The position numbers and the translations under genes were made by a program. The notes beneath the pieces are model-generated. The model searched no databases and had not been told where the DNA came from. It saw only the letters and a program-made list of their open reading frames with translations. Shown piece by piece: positions 31,222 through 41,428 of a stretch of DNA of 64,000 nucleotides (the first letter of the stretch is position 1; every line of letters begins with the position of its first letter). The stretch covers positions 76,447 through 140,446 of the forward strand of contig JAFLJP010000104.1 in NCBI GenBank assembly GCA_022712945.1, in the 5' to 3' direction. This DNA comes from Gammaproteobacteria bacterium. GTDB taxonomy: Bacteria; Pseudomonadota; Gammaproteobacteria; RBG-16-57-12.

Positions 31222-33228
31222 CTACGAAATCAGCGCACTCTCTTTGAGGTGGTGGATCTGATCACGCACCGTACTCGCCTCTTCAAACTCCAGATTGCTG
31301 GCGTGTTGATACATTTTATCTTCCAGTTGTTTGATCTCTTTTTTAAGCTGAGTCGGTGTCATTTTGGCATAAATGGCGACCTCTTCAGCGACATGTGCAT
31401 ACTCTTTTGCGGTGGTTGGCCCGCCTGGCCGCCCGCCCTGCATCACATCAAGAATCGCTTTTTTGATCCCTTTCGGGGTGATGCCATTGGCTTGGTTATG
31501 TGCGATCTGTTTGGCTCTGCGCCGTTCGGTTTCATCGATAGCCATACGCATTGAATTGGTTATTTTATCGCCGTACAGAATGGCACGGCCATTTAGATTG
31601 CGAGCGGCACGGCCAATGGTCTGAATCAACGAGCGCTTGGAGCGCAAAAAACCCTCTTTGTCCGCATCGAGGATCGCCACTAATGAGACTTCAGGAATAT
31701 CCAGCCCCTCACGCAACAGATTAATGCCCACCAACACATCAAACACCCCCAACCGCAAGTCGCGCAAAATCTCTACCCGTTCAACGGTGTCGATATCCGA
31801 GTGCAGATAGCGCACCTTAATGCCGTGTTCATTGAGGTAATCACTCAGATCTTCTGCCATGCGTTTGGTTAGCGTGGTCACCAATACCCGCTCACCCATT
31901 GCAATACGCTTGTTGGCTTCTGAGAGCAGGTCATCCACCTGGGTCGCCACCGGGCGGACCTCAATTTGCGGATCAACCAATCCGGTGGGGCGTACCACCT
32001 GTTCTGCCACTTCACCGGAGTGTGCCATCTCGTACTCCGACGGTGTGGCAGAGACATAAATAGTTTGTGGTGAGAGTCGCTCAAACTCTTCAAACTTCAT
32101 CGGTCGGTTATCAAGTGCTGAGGGTAATCTGAAACCGTACTCCACCAAGTTTACTTTTCGGGCATGATCGCCTTTGTACATCCCCCCAATTTGCGGGACA
32201 GTGACATGACTTTCGTCAATCACCAGCAGTGCATCAGCAGGCAGATAATCAAATAGCGTGGGCGGTGCTTCACCCGGCGCACGGCCTGAAAGGTATCGGG
32301 AGTAATTTTCGATACCGGAGCAGTAGCCCAACTCAACCATCATCTCGATATCGTAGTTAACCCGCTGCTCGATGCGCTGCGCCTCTACCAGTTTATCCAC
32401 ACTGCGAAGCTGTGCCAGGCGCTCTTTCAATTCAGCCTTGATGTGATCGATAGCATCCAGAATCGTTTGCCGTGGGGTAACGTAATGAGTGCTGGGGTAA
32501 ATTGTCGCTCGCGGCACCCGCTGCAATACTTCACCGGTCAGGGGGTCAAACCACGCCAGCGATTCAACCTCATCATCAAACAGCTCAATCCGCAGCGCCC
32601 GCTTCTCTTCATCTGCCGGGAAAATGTCGATCACCTCGCCTCGCACCCGGAACTGGCCACGGCGGAAATCAGTGTCATTGCGGGTATATTGCAACTCGGC
32701 CAGGCGCTTCAGGACCGCCCGTTGATCAATAATTTCACCCTGTGAGAGATGCAACATCATCTTTAGATAAGAGTTAGGGTCACCCAAGCCATAGATCGCG
32801 GAAACTGTTGAGACGATGACGGTATCCTTACGTTCAAGAATCGCCTTGGTCGCCGACAGACGCATCTGCTCTATGTGCTCGTTGATCGAGGCATCTTTCT
32901 CTATAAAGGTATCGGTGCTCGGCACATACGCTTCAGGCTGGTAATAGTCGTAATAGGAGACAAAATATTCCACCGCATTTTCGGGGAAAAACTCACGTAT
33001 TTCGGCATAGAGTTGCGCTGCCAGGGTTTTATTCGGTGCCATAATCAGCGCCGGTCGCTGTAACTCGGAAATAACATTTGCAATGGTAAACGTCTTACCC
33101 GAGCCGGTCACCCCCAGCAAGGTCATTCCGGCCTCACCAGCCTTTAATCCTTCGATCAAGGTTGTGATTGCCGTCGGCTGGTCACCCGCTGGGCTGAATT
33201 TTGAATTTAATTTGAAAGGTTTGTTCAT
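31222..33228 (-). CDS. uvrB: Excinuclease ABC subunit B.
   Basis: 668 aa. Helicase motifs, a C-terminal UvrC-interaction domain, and unmistakable UvrB conservation throughout. Confidence 0.95.
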   Translation of the reverse strand: MNKPFKLNSKFSPAGDQPTAITTLIEGLKAGEAGMTLLGVTGSGKTFTIANVISELQRPALIMAPNKTLAAQLYAEIREFFPENAVEYFVSYYDYYQPEAYVPSTDTFIEKDASINEHIEQMRLSATKAILERKDTVIVSTVSAIYGLGDPNSYLKMMLHLSQGEIIDQRAVLKRLAELQYTRNDTDFRRGQFRVRGEVIDIFPADEEKRALRIELFDDEVESLAWFDPLTGEVLQRVPRATIYPSTHYVTPRQTILDAIDHIKAELKERLAQLRSVDKLVEAQRIEQRVNYDIEMMVELGYCSGIENYSRYLSGRAPGEAPPTLFDYLPADALLVIDESHVTVPQIGGMYKGDHARKVNLVEYGFRLPSALDNRPMKFEEFERLSPQTIYVSATPSEYEMAHSGEVAEQVVRPTGLVDPQIEVRPVATQVDDLLSEANKRIAMGERVLVTTLTKRMAEDLSDYLNEHGIKVRYLHSDIDTVERVEILRDLRLGVFDVLVGINLLREGLDIPEVSLVAILDADKEGFLRSKRSLIQTIGRAARNLNGRAILYGDKITNSMRMAIDETERRRAKQIAHNQANGITPKGIKKAILDVMQGGRPGGPTTAKEYAHVAEEVAIYAKMTPTQLKKEIKQLEDKMYQHASNLEFEEASTVRDQIHHLKESALIS

Positions 33229-33292
33229 AAAGTGATTCTGAAACTCGCACGAATAACGTAATATATTAATTCAATCTGTGGACTAAAAAGGC

Positions 33293-34486
33293 TTGCACTT
33301 GAATATGCATCTTTCGAAGCGCGTCCAGCGTATAAAACCATCCCCCACGCTCCTCATTACAGCACGGGCCAATGAGCTCAAGGCCGCAGGAAAAGACATT
33401 ATTGGTCTTGGTGCTGGCGAACCTGACTTTGACACCCCAGCGCATATAAAGTCAGCGGCAATCGAAGCCATCAATGACGGCTTCACCAAGTATACCGCAG
33501 TTGATGGCACCCCTGAACTCAAGCAGGCCATCATAGATAAACTTCAACGCGATAACCAGCTGGACTATCAAGCTGAACAGATATTAGTCTCCTGTGGCGG
33601 CAAGCAAAGCTTCTTCAACCTGGCCCAGGCGATGCTTGATGAGGGTGATGAGGTAATCATCCCCGCCCCCTACTGGGTCTCCTATCCCGATATGGTGCTA
33701 CTGGCTGATGCCACACCGGTGATTGTTGAAACATCACTGGAGGAGCACTTCAAGATAACCGCAGAAAAGCTGGAGGCGGCGATTACCGACAGAACACGCC
33801 TGGTGGTGATCAACAGCCCTTCTAACCCAAGCGGTGTCTGCTACAGCAGAGCCGAGCTGGCCGAGCTGGCTGCGGTGCTCGAAAAACACCCGAACATCGT
33901 TATTGCCAGTGATGATATGTATGAGCATATCATCTGGAGCGACGAACCCTTTTGCAATATATTGATGGCTTGCCCGGCGCTGTATGATCGCACCATGGTA
34001 TTAAATGGTGTCTCCAAAGCCTACTCAATGACCGGCTGGCGCATCGGTTATGCGGCGGGGCCTGCTGAATTAATCAAGGCGATGAAAAAGATCCAGTCAC
34101 AAAGCACTTCAAACCCCACCTCGATCTCACAGGTTGCGGCAACCGCTGCACTGAATGGCGAGCACCACTGTGTTGAGATGATGCTCAGGGAGTTTGAAAA
34201 ACGTCATCGCTATGTTGTTGCTGCGCTAAATGCCATCGAAGGCGTCGAATGTTTGCCATCACAGGGAGCATTTTACTCCTTCCCCTGCATGAAAAAAGTG
34301 ATTGGGCGCATGGATAACGTTAAAAATGATGTTGAATTAGCAGCGTTTCTTCTCACCGAAGCAGGCGTGGCATTGGTACCCGGTTCTGCCTTTGGATCAC
34401 CCGGTTATATGCGACTCTCTTTTGCCACCAGCATGGAGAACCTTAAAAAGGCAATTAAGCGTATAGAATCAGCACTTTGCGCATAA
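33293..34486 (+). CDS. Class-I pyridoxal-phosphate aminotransferase (aspartate/aromatic aminotransferase-like).
   Basis: N-terminal RIKPSPTLLITARANELKAAGKDIIGLGAGEPDFDTP and PLP-lysine region NGVSKAYSMTGWRIGY. Confidence 0.85.
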   Translation: MHLNMHLSKRVQRIKPSPTLLITARANELKAAGKDIIGLGAGEPDFDTPAHIKSAAIEAINDGFTKYTAVDGTPELKQAIIDKLQRDNQLDYQAEQILVSCGGKQSFFNLAQAMLDEGDEVIIPAPYWVSYPDMVLLADATPVIVETSLEEHFKITAEKLEAAITDRTRLVVINSPSNPSGVCYSRAELAELAAVLEKHPNIVIASDDMYEHIIWSDEPFCNILMACPALYDRTMVLNGVSKAYSMTGWRIGYAAGPAELIKAMKKIQSQSTSNPTSISQVAATAALNGEHHCVEMMLREFEKRHRYVVAALNAIEGVECLPSQGAFYSFPCMKKVIGRMDNVKNDVELAAFLLTEAGVALVPGSAFGSPGYMRLSFATSMENLKKAIKRIESALCA

Positions 34487-34578
34487 ATTCAACACCCAAA
34501 TAAATATCACTCAGGGTGTTGACCCAATGGGGGTGTTTCTGTAGTATACGCACAACTTATCGAGCAGATAATTGTTAT

Positions 34579-34654
34579 TCCCTGATAACTCAGTTGGTAG
34601 AGTAGCGGACTGTTAATCCGTTTGTCGCTGGTTCGAGCCCAGCTCAGGGAGCCA
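34579..34654 (+). tRNA. tRNA-Asn (GTT), copy 1.
   Basis: TCCCTGATAACTCAGTTGGTAGAGTAGCGGACTGTTAATCCGT...GCCA. Anticodon loop CTGTTAA. Confidence 0.9.
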
Positions 34655-34663
34655 TATTCAAAA

Positions 34664-34689
34664 CCCTGGGATAAAACCAGGGTTTTTTT
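34664..34689 (+). terminator. Rho-independent terminator after tRNA-Asn copy 1.
   Basis: ccctgggataaaaccaggg hairpin followed by a T7 tract. Confidence 0.7.
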
Positions 34690-34694
34690 AGTTT

Positions 34695-34857
34695 AACCCT
34701 AATCCCCAGATAGAAACACGCATGTTACGCAAGTCATTGATCCCACAGAAAAATAAAAAATAGCCGCCAAACCAACGGGTGCGACTCATATTTTTAATTT
34801 CACTGTGAAACCAATATCTTACATACCATCTCGCATTTCTATCTGGGGATTAGGGTT
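34695..34857. repeat. 163-bp segment bounded by perfect 22-bp inverted repeats, inserted in the first tRNA-Asn spacer.
   Basis: aaccctaatccccagatagaaa at 34695-34716 and tttctatctggggattagggtt at 34836-34857. It is absent from the second spacer (34949-34995), which is otherwise highly similar. Confidence 0.6.
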
Positions 34858-34872
34858 TAAAAAAATCACTAT

Positions 34873-34948
34873 TCCCTGATAACTCAGTTGGTAGAGTAGC
34901 GGACTGTTAATCCGTTTGTCGCTGGTTCGAGCCCAGCTCAGGGAGCCA
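34873..34948 (+). tRNA. tRNA-Asn (GTT), copy 2.
   Basis: Identical 76-nt sequence to copy 1. Confidence 0.9.
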
Positions 34949-34957
34949 TATTCAAAA

Positions 34958-34985
34958 CCTTGGGATAAAACCAGGGTTTTTTGGT
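34958..34985 (+). terminator. Rho-independent terminator after tRNA-Asn copy 2.
   Basis: ccttgggataaaaccaggg hairpin followed by a T-tract. Confidence 0.65.
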
Positions 34986-34995
34986 TTAACCCTAA

Positions 34996-35071
34996 TCCCT
35001 GATAACTCAGTTGGTAGAGTAGCGGACTGTTAATCCGTTTGTCGCTGGTTCGAGCCCAGCTCAGGGAGCCA
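34996..35071 (+). tRNA. tRNA-Asn (GTT), copy 3.
   Basis: Identical 76-nt sequence to copies 1 and 2. Confidence 0.9.
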
Positions 35072-35082
35072 CACACAGAAAA

Positions 35083-35111
35083 GCCTGTAGAGCGATCTAC
35101 AGGCTTTTTTT
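35083..35111 (+). terminator. Rho-independent terminator after the tRNA-Asn array.
   Basis: gcctgtagagcgatctacaggc hairpin followed by a T7 tract. Confidence 0.75.
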
Positions 35112-35117
35112 GTCTGT

Positions 35118-35141
35118 GGGAGCTATCTTTAGATGGCGAAA
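35118..35141 (+). repeat. Copy 1 of the palindromic motif GGAGC(c/t)ATCTTTAGATGGCGAAA.
   Basis: gggagctatctttagatggcgaaa. The core gcTATCTttAGATggc is an inverted repeat. Confidence 0.6.
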
Positions 35142-35195
35142 TAGACCCATCGCAAGTTGAAGCTTGCTCCTACGTGTGCGGGGTTTGGATCAGCT

Positions 35196-35799
35196 TTACA
35201 GCTCTGAAGCATGCTTTTCCAGATACGAAGCAACACCATCCGCATCCGGCTTCATGCCTTCATCACCTTTGTTCCAGCCGGCAGGACAAACTTCACCGTG
35301 CTCTTCAGAGAACTGGAGCGCATCAACCAGGCGTACCATCTCATCAACATTACGACCCAGTGGCAGATTGTTAACAACCTGAGACTGCACAACACCCTCT
35401 TTATCAATCAGGAACGAGCCACGCAGTGCAACTGATGCCTCAGGGTGCTCAACACCGTATGCCTTGACGATTGAGTGATCAACATCCGCAATCAGTGGGA
35501 ATTTGATCGGGCCAATACCGCCATTCTCAACCGCAGTATTACGCCAGGCGTAATGAGAAAACTGTGAGTCAATAGAGACACCAACCACCTCAACACCGCG
35601 CTCTTTCAGCGCATCAACACGGTGATCGTGTGCCAGAATTTCCGAAGGACATACAAAGGTAAAATCCAGTGGATAGAAGAAAAGCACAACATACTTGCCA
35701 CGCAGATCCGACAGTTTAAAATTTTCTACAATAGTACCGTCTGCCAGTACCGCTGGCGCACAAAAATCAGGAGCTTGCTTAGTTACTAATACCGTCACG
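35196..35799 (-). CDS. Peroxiredoxin (AhpC/TSA family, 1-Cys/Prx6-like).
   Basis: YVVLFFYPLDFTFVCPSEI peroxidatic-cysteine motif. Probable GTG start at about 35797 behind an AGAGGA Shine-Dalgarno sequence. The ORF is open to 35864. Confidence 0.8.
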
Positions 35800-36015
35800 T
35801 TGTTATCCTCTAAAAGTGGGTCTGTTATTCGATATATGCTGAATAGTGGCATACTACAATGCAAATTAGACTAAGTCTATATTTATTTCATCAAGAAAGC
35901 TCTGGATAAGTGGGGTCAGAATGAGACTGAGCGGAAATAATCATGGCTTGCTCAAAGCTTCCTGAATAGACCCAGTGTATTATGTGAAAATGAACTGTCA
36001 AACAATAAAACCACA

Positions 36016-36903
36016 ATGAACACTTCCTACCGGGGCAGGTTTGCCCCCTCACCCACCGGCCCACTGCATTTCGGCTCGTTAGTCGCCGCCGTGGGCAGTT
36101 ACCTGGCCGCATCGATTCAGAACGGTGAGTGGTACCTTCGCATCGAAGATCTTGACCCACCACGGGAGGTGCCGGGTGCTGCAGATGAGATATTGCGCTG
36201 TCTGGATACTTTTGGCTTTGCATGGCACGGAAAGGTGGTCTACCAAAGCCAGCGTCACGCCGCCTATCATGCGGCACTGGAGCAGTTACAAAAGGAGCGT
36301 TTAACCTTCCCCTGCATCTGCACACGAAAAGTACTATCCGGTTCTCCCATCTATCCAGGTAACTGTCGCCACCGACAAGGGGCAATGGAGCAACCACACA
36401 CGACCCGCCTGCGGGTAGCGGATAAGAGAATTCAATTTAACGATCGCCTGCAGGGTCTGCAACGGCAAAACATTGCCAAAGAGGTGGGGGATTTTATTAT
36501 TCAGCGTGCCGATCACCTGTTTGCCTACCAGCTTGCGGTGGTGGTGGATGATGCCGAGCAAGGCATTACCGAGGTGATTCGTGGCAGCGATTTATTAACC
36601 GTAACAGGCCGGCAAATCTATCTGCAGCAACAGCTACAGTTGACCACACCAAGCTACGGCCACTTGCCGATTGTGGTTAACCCGGCGGGTGATAAGTTGA
36701 GCAAACAGACCTTTGCTCAACCATTAAATAGCGACCAGCCCGCTCCTCAGCTCTGGTACGCACTACAGTTTTTAGGGCAAGCACCACCAGCCGCACTCAA
36801 AGATGATTCACTTTCTGAGATCTGGCGGTGGGCTAAAGCAAATTGGTGCTGGCATGCAATACCTTCACAACCAAAAAAAACGACAACCCTCCCGGATCAA
36901 TAG
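36016..36903 (+). CDS. gluQ: Glutamyl-Q tRNA(Asp) synthetase.
   Basis: YRGRFAPSPTGPLHFGSLVAAVGSYLAA class-I HIGH-type motif. A truncated GluRS paralog of 295 aa. Confidence 0.85.
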   Translation: MNTSYRGRFAPSPTGPLHFGSLVAAVGSYLAASIQNGEWYLRIEDLDPPREVPGAADEILRCLDTFGFAWHGKVVYQSQRHAAYHAALEQLQKERLTFPCICTRKVLSGSPIYPGNCRHRQGAMEQPHTTRLRVADKRIQFNDRLQGLQRQNIAKEVGDFIIQRADHLFAYQLAVVVDDAEQGITEVIRGSDLLTVTGRQIYLQQQLQLTTPSYGHLPIVVNPAGDKLSKQTFAQPLNSDQPAPQLWYALQFLGQAPPAALKDDSLSEIWRWAKANWCWHAIPSQPKKTTTLPDQ

Positions 36904-37814
36904 AGCATCGTGCGCCCCAGTTGTGGCTGCTGGGTTAATTTGAAGCCCTGTTTTTCAAGCAACGAGATAACCCCCTGCTCACCGCCCAGGTGGCCGCCAC
37001 CAATCACCACCAGGTAATCCTCCCTCCCTTTCAGCATGGTGATAATTTTATCGGCCATGCCGTAATTGCGTTCAATAACCTGACGTTCAAAGGGTGCCAC
37101 CAACGCGGGGTATTGCTGTTTGGGGTATTCCATCAACCGGTAAATAGCCTCTGCATCGCCCTGATGCCACGCAAGGCTCATCTCATTGATATCATCGGCT
37201 ATTTGCGGCAGTTGCTCTAATGTCAGTCGCAGAGAGAGATCCTGCTCCTCTGCACTATCACCCGCCAATACTGCCAACTGCTGACCGAGAGACTCCAAGC
37301 TGATAATCGGTTTAATGCCTTGTGCTTTGTTGATAAGGTGATTATCCACCCCTAAATCCGCACGGTAACCCAAAGTAGCCAGCTTTTGCATCACCAGTGT
37401 TAGCGCCAAATACCAGGGGCGCATCCGTTGGTAACCCGCAGGTAAGCCCTTGAATTGAGACAACTGCCGCGCCGTCTCGCGACTCAATTGATCATCTAAC
37501 ACTGCTCCTTCAGACAAGAGACCAAGCTGCTGAATTTTTTGAAACATCACCAGCGGATCAATGGCTAGAATATTCAGTTCAACCACCAGCTGGTCCGTTT
37601 TTTGATAGGCGCGCTCCACGCATTGATCCAGCGGATAGTCCTCGGCACGCATCATATGGATGGAGCCCAACAGATAGACGGTATTGCGCTCCCCCGGCAC
37701 CTCCCACAAAAGGCAACTCGCCTCTTCTGCATGCAGTGAAGCAGAGCAGAGCAGCCCCAGAAGCAGCAACCAACCAGTTAAATTGATCACTCGGTATTGC
37801 GCTTTACTCTCCAT
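36897..37814 (-). CDS. TraB/GumN-family secreted protein.
   Basis: Signal peptide. LLWEVPGERNTVYLLGSIHMMRAEDYPLD matches the TraB/GumN N-terminal signature. Confidence 0.7.
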   Translation of the reverse strand: MESKAQYRVINLTGWLLLLGLLCSASLHAEEASCLLWEVPGERNTVYLLGSIHMMRAEDYPLDQCVERAYQKTDQLVVELNILAIDPLVMFQKIQQLGLLSEGAVLDDQLSRETARQLSQFKGLPAGYQRMRPWYLALTLVMQKLATLGYRADLGVDNHLINKAQGIKPIISLESLGQQLAVLAGDSAEEQDLSLRLTLEQLPQIADDINEMSLAWHQGDAEAIYRLMEYPKQQYPALVAPFERQVIERNYGMADKIITMLKGREDYLVVIGGGHLGGEQGVISLLEKQGFKLTQQPQLGRTMLY

Positions 37815-38232
37815 GAAGCGTCACCACAATAGAACGAGAACCACCCTGGTTTCGGTGTTCACAAAGGTAAATACCCTGCCAGACACCCAAGCTCAGCTGC
37901 CCGGCAGTAATAGGAATGGTCAGGCTACACCCCAAAATACTCGATTTCAGGTGGGCAGGAAGATCATCTGTCCCCTCATCCACATGGCGATAGTAGGGCT
38001 CATTTTCGGGTACGTGGCGACTGAAATAGCCCTCAAAGTCCTGCCTCACGGTTGGATCTGCATTTTCATTAATGGTGAGTGAAGCTGAGGTGTGTTGAAT
38101 GAAAACCGTCATCACACCAATAGAGATGCCTGACAACTCAGGCAGCTCATCCAAAATCTCGGCGGTTATCAAGTGGAATCCCCTCGACTTTGATCGTAAA
38201 TGAATCTTTTTCTGTACCCACATCAAAAACAC
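37804..38232 (-). CDS. YjbQ/UPF0047-family protein (secondary thiamine-phosphate synthase-like).
   Basis: GFHLITAEI...TSASLTINENADPTVRQD...HRNQGGSRSIVVTLHGE conserved blocks. Confidence 0.75.
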   Translation of the reverse strand: MFLMWVQKKIHLRSKSRGFHLITAEILDELPELSGISIGVMTVFIQHTSASLTINENADPTVRQDFEGYFSRHVPENEPYYRHVDEGTDDLPAHLKSSILGCSLTIPITAGQLSLGVWQGIYLCEHRNQGGSRSIVVTLHGE

Positions 38233-38240
38233 CTCAAAAT

Positions 38241-38804
38241 CTACGCCCGGGAAACAAACTCATCACTATCACTGTTAACCTTAATCACCTCACCAGAGCT
38301 GATATATTCAGGCACCTGAACTACCAGTCCGGTACTTAATGTCGCCGGTTTAGTGCGTGCCGAAGCGGATGCCCCTTTGATACTGGGTGAAGTCTCAACA
38401 ATCGTCAATGCCACCGTGGTCGGCAACTCAATGCCCATTAACAGATCATCTACAATTAATGCATAAATACCCTCAAGCCCATCACTCAGGTACTTTATCT
38501 CATCCTCCAACACCTCATCCGAAAGCGTATATTGATCATAGGTTTCAACATCCATAAAGGTGCAGCCATCACCATCGCGAAACAAAAACTGCACCAGACG
38601 CCGCACCAGATCAACATCCTGCAGCGCCTCATCCCCCTTATAACTGGCCTCAAACTTCTGTTTACTGACCACATCCCGGCCACGTACTTTGTAAAGTGTG
38701 CTACCGCTGCGCGAAGAGGGTGATTGAACCTGCACCCCTTTCACCATAATGGTTCGGTTATCAACCCTGAAAACCACCCCTTTTTTAACCTCACTCGCTT
38801 TCAT
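38241..38804 (-). CDS. efpL: Elongation factor P-like protein (EfpL/YeiP paralog).
   Basis: [35 protein letters not shown] closely parallels E. coli YeiP ([26 protein letters not shown]). Confidence 0.8.
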   Translation of the reverse strand: [187 protein letters not shown]

Positions 38805-39039
38805 ACAACGCCCCTAATCATAAACTGTGCGGACTCTACCGGTTACGGCAACCCATAAAGCGGCAGGAAAGCCTAATAAACTACCCCGCAGCGCTCGACT
38901 TCCACTTCGTGGAAGCGGGGTCGTTTATTAGACCCACTATTGCCTCAAATAATCGAAAAAACTGACTCAAAATGGTTTTCTCTCGCTACGATTCCCCAAG
39001 TCCGACAGTCTGCTAGTGAAGTTACCTGAATAATTGCAA

Positions 39040-39061
39040 GAGCCATTTTTAGATGGCGAAA
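39040..39061 (+). repeat. Copy 2 of the palindromic motif.
   Basis: gagccatttttagatggcgaaa, in the efpL-parE intergenic region beside a fragment of the inverted-repeat element. Confidence 0.55.
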
Positions 39062-39090
39062 CAAGTTCGTAGTACCACTACAAGAGCTTG

Positions 39091-39118
39091 GGGATGTAGA
39101 GGAAGTTAAAGTAGGGTC
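39091..39118 (+). repeat. Left-end fragment of the miniature inverted-repeat element.
   Basis: gggatgtagaggaagttaaagtagggtc resembles the long-variant left end gggatgtagaagaagttagagtaccg. Confidence 0.5.
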
Positions 39119-39151
39119 TAATATAATATTACGTCATCTCCTTTATAGAGG

Positions 39152-41035
39152 TTACCCCAACTCAGCCAAATCCCCCCGACTCTCCAACCACGCCTTGCGA
39201 TCAGGAGAGCGTTTTTTCGCCAGCAACATATCCATCAATTGATGGGTTTCATCGCCCGATTCAATCGTCAGTTGAACCAGGCGACGGGTGTCCGGTGACA
39301 ATGTTGTCTCTCTTAGCTGGAGTGGGTTCATCTCGCCCAGCCCTTTAAAGCGCATAACGTTCACCTTACCGCGCTTCTTCTCTGCGGCGATACGATCCAG
39401 AACACCATTTTTTTCTGCTTCATCCAGCGCGTAGTAGGTCTCTTTGGCAACATCAATACGAAACAGCGGGGGCATCGCGATGTAGATATGGCCGGCCACC
39501 ACCAGTGGGCGAAAGTGACGCAAAAAGAGCGCACAGAGCAGTGTGGCGATATGAGCGCCGTCAGAGTCAGCATCCGCCAGCACACAGACCTTTCCATAAC
39601 GCAGTCCTGAAAAGTCATCCGAACCCGGGTCGACACCAATCGCCACTGAAATGTCATGTACCTCCTGCGAGGCCAGCACCTGAGTCGATTCCACTTCCCA
39701 GGTATTCAAGATTTTCCCACGCAGTGGCATGATCGCCTGGAAGTTTTTATCCCGCGCCTGCTTTGCCGAACCACCAGCCGAGTCACCCTCCACCAAAAAC
39801 AGCTCGGTTCGGGCGCTATCCTGTGAACTACAATCGGCCAGTTTTCCCGGCAGTGCTGGCCCCTGGGTCACTTTTTTACGTACCACTTTTTTACTGGCAC
39901 GCAGACGTTTCTGGGCGTTATTGATTGCCATATCGGCCAGGCTTTCACCAATATCGGGGTGTTGGTTTAGGTAGAGACTAAAGGCATCTTTCACCACCCC
40001 GGAGACGAAAGCGGCACACTCCCGAGAGGAGAGCCGCTCTTTGGTCTGCCCCGAAAACTGTGGATCAGCCATCTTCACCGATAAAATATAGGCCACCCGC
40101 TCCCACACATCATCGGGAGTCAGCTTAACCCCCCTTGGCAGTAAATTTCGGAATTCACAGAACTCGCGCACGGCATCGGTTAACCCGCTACGCAGGCCGT
40201 TGATATGGGTTCCGCCCTGAATGGTCGGCACCAGATTCACATAACCCTCGGTGACTGCATCGCCCCCGTCAGGCAACCAGGTGACTGCCCAATCCACCGC
40301 CTCCAGGTTACCCGAAAAAGAGCCCATAAACGGTGGCGCTGGCAACTGCTCGCTCCCTTTCAGCTCATCCAGCAGATAATCTTGCAGGCCATCTTCGTAA
40401 TGCCACTCGTGGGATTCCCCCCCCTCCTCTTTAAAGCACACCTTCAAACCGGGGCAGAGTACCGCCTTAGCGCGCAACATATGTTTAAGGCGGGTTACAG
40501 AAAATTTCGCACTATCAAAAAACTGCGGATCAGGCCAAAAGCGAATGGTAGTGCCCACATTGCGCTTGCCAACATCGCCCACCACCTTTAAATCAGAAGC
40601 CTTGTTGCCATTCTCAAAAGCGATATGCTGCTCTTTACCGTCACGGCGCACCCAGACATCAAGTCGTTTGCTCAGGGCGTTCACCACCGAAACCCCGACA
40701 CCATGCAGACCGCCGGAAAATTGATAATTGCTATTGGAAAATTTACCGCCTGCGTGCAGCTTGGTCAGGATAACCTCCACCCCAGGAATCCCCTCGTCTG
40801 GGTGCATATCCACCGGCATGCCACGACCATTATCACGCACCTCAATCGATTGATCTTTATAGAGTGTCACCTCAATCAGCTTGGCATAACCCGCCATCGC
40901 TTCATCGACACTGTTATCGATCACCTCCTGCGCCAAATGGTTGGGCCGTTCAGTCTGGGTATACATGCCGGGACGTTTCCGTACCGGCTCAAGGCCACTT
41001 AAAACCTCAATGGAAGCCGCATCATAATTACTCAT
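39152..41035 (-). CDS. parE: DNA topoisomerase IV subunit B.
   Basis: Start MSNYDAASIEVLSGLEPVRKRPGMYT behind a GGAG Shine-Dalgarno sequence. GHKL ATPase and TOPRIM domains. Length of about 628 aa fits ParE rather than GyrB. Confidence 0.85.
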   Translation of the reverse strand: MSNYDAASIEVLSGLEPVRKRPGMYTQTERPNHLAQEVIDNSVDEAMAGYAKLIEVTLYKDQSIEVRDNGRGMPVDMHPDEGIPGVEVILTKLHAGGKFSNSNYQFSGGLHGVGVSVVNALSKRLDVWVRRDGKEQHIAFENGNKASDLKVVGDVGKRNVGTTIRFWPDPQFFDSAKFSVTRLKHMLRAKAVLCPGLKVCFKEEGGESHEWHYEDGLQDYLLDELKGSEQLPAPPFMGSFSGNLEAVDWAVTWLPDGGDAVTEGYVNLVPTIQGGTHINGLRSGLTDAVREFCEFRNLLPRGVKLTPDDVWERVAYILSVKMADPQFSGQTKERLSSRECAAFVSGVVKDAFSLYLNQHPDIGESLADMAINNAQKRLRASKKVVRKKVTQGPALPGKLADCSSQDSARTELFLVEGDSAGGSAKQARDKNFQAIMPLRGKILNTWEVESTQVLASQEVHDISVAIGVDPGSDDFSGLRYGKVCVLADADSDGAHIATLLCALFLRHFRPLVVAGHIYIAMPPLFRIDVAKETYYALDEAEKNGVLDRIAAEKKRGKVNVMRFKGLGEMNPLQLRETTLSPDTRRLVQLTIESGDETHQLMDMLLAKKRSPDRKAWLESRGDLAELG

Positions 41036-41167
41036 ACTGCCCTCTACTCCTCCCGACCGAATTTCATTTATCCACATCCTACCACAAGCCATTCACCTTG
41101 CCCGGCCATATTGACCGGTTAACCCATCTGGGTTAGGGTAGCCGATTCTCGTCAACAGGGGGTTCAG

Positions 41168-41413
41168 GTGCCTAGAAAATCCACAAAATTCAACTTTGAA
41201 AACTCGATTGAAGAGCTGGAAAAAATTGTAGAACAGATGGAGAGCGGTGACATCACCCTGGAAGAGTCCCTCAAATACTTTGAACGTGGCATTGAGTTAA
41301 CACAGAGCTGTCAACAGATACTCTCGTCCGCCGAGCAGAAGGTGGAAATATTAATGCAAAAAAACGGTCAACAACAGCGCGTATCGTTCGATAGTGAGAG
41401 TACGCCTGAATAA
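41168..41413 (+). CDS. xseB: Exodeoxyribonuclease VII small subunit.
   Basis: FENSIEELEKIVEQMESGDITLEESLKYFERGIELTQ parallels E. coli XseB. Confidence 0.9.
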   Translation: MPRKSTKFNFENSIEELEKIVEQMESGDITLEESLKYFERGIELTQSCQQILSSAEQKVEILMQKNGQQQRVSFDSESTPE

Positions 41414-41428
41414 TCATCCAGCGAGTAG

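Noticed and set aside
34819-35076. 85-aa ORF on the minus strand with an internal repeat.
   Set aside because: It spans two tRNA-Asn genes and their terminators. The repeat in the protein is simply the duplicated tRNA sequence.
34560-35110. Regularly spaced direct repeats that could be mistaken for a CRISPR array.
   Set aside because: The repeats are complete tRNA-Asn genes with cloverleaf structure and CCA ends. The spacers contain terminators. No cas genes are present.
35891-36397. 168-aa ORF on the minus strand.
   Set aside because: It lies almost entirely antisense to the well-supported gluQ gene, and its Arg- and Pro-rich composition is typical of antisense frames in GC-rich coding sequence.
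39361-40591. Antisense and alternative-frame ORFs inside parE.
   Set aside because: They are embedded in a strongly conserved topoisomerase IV reading frame.
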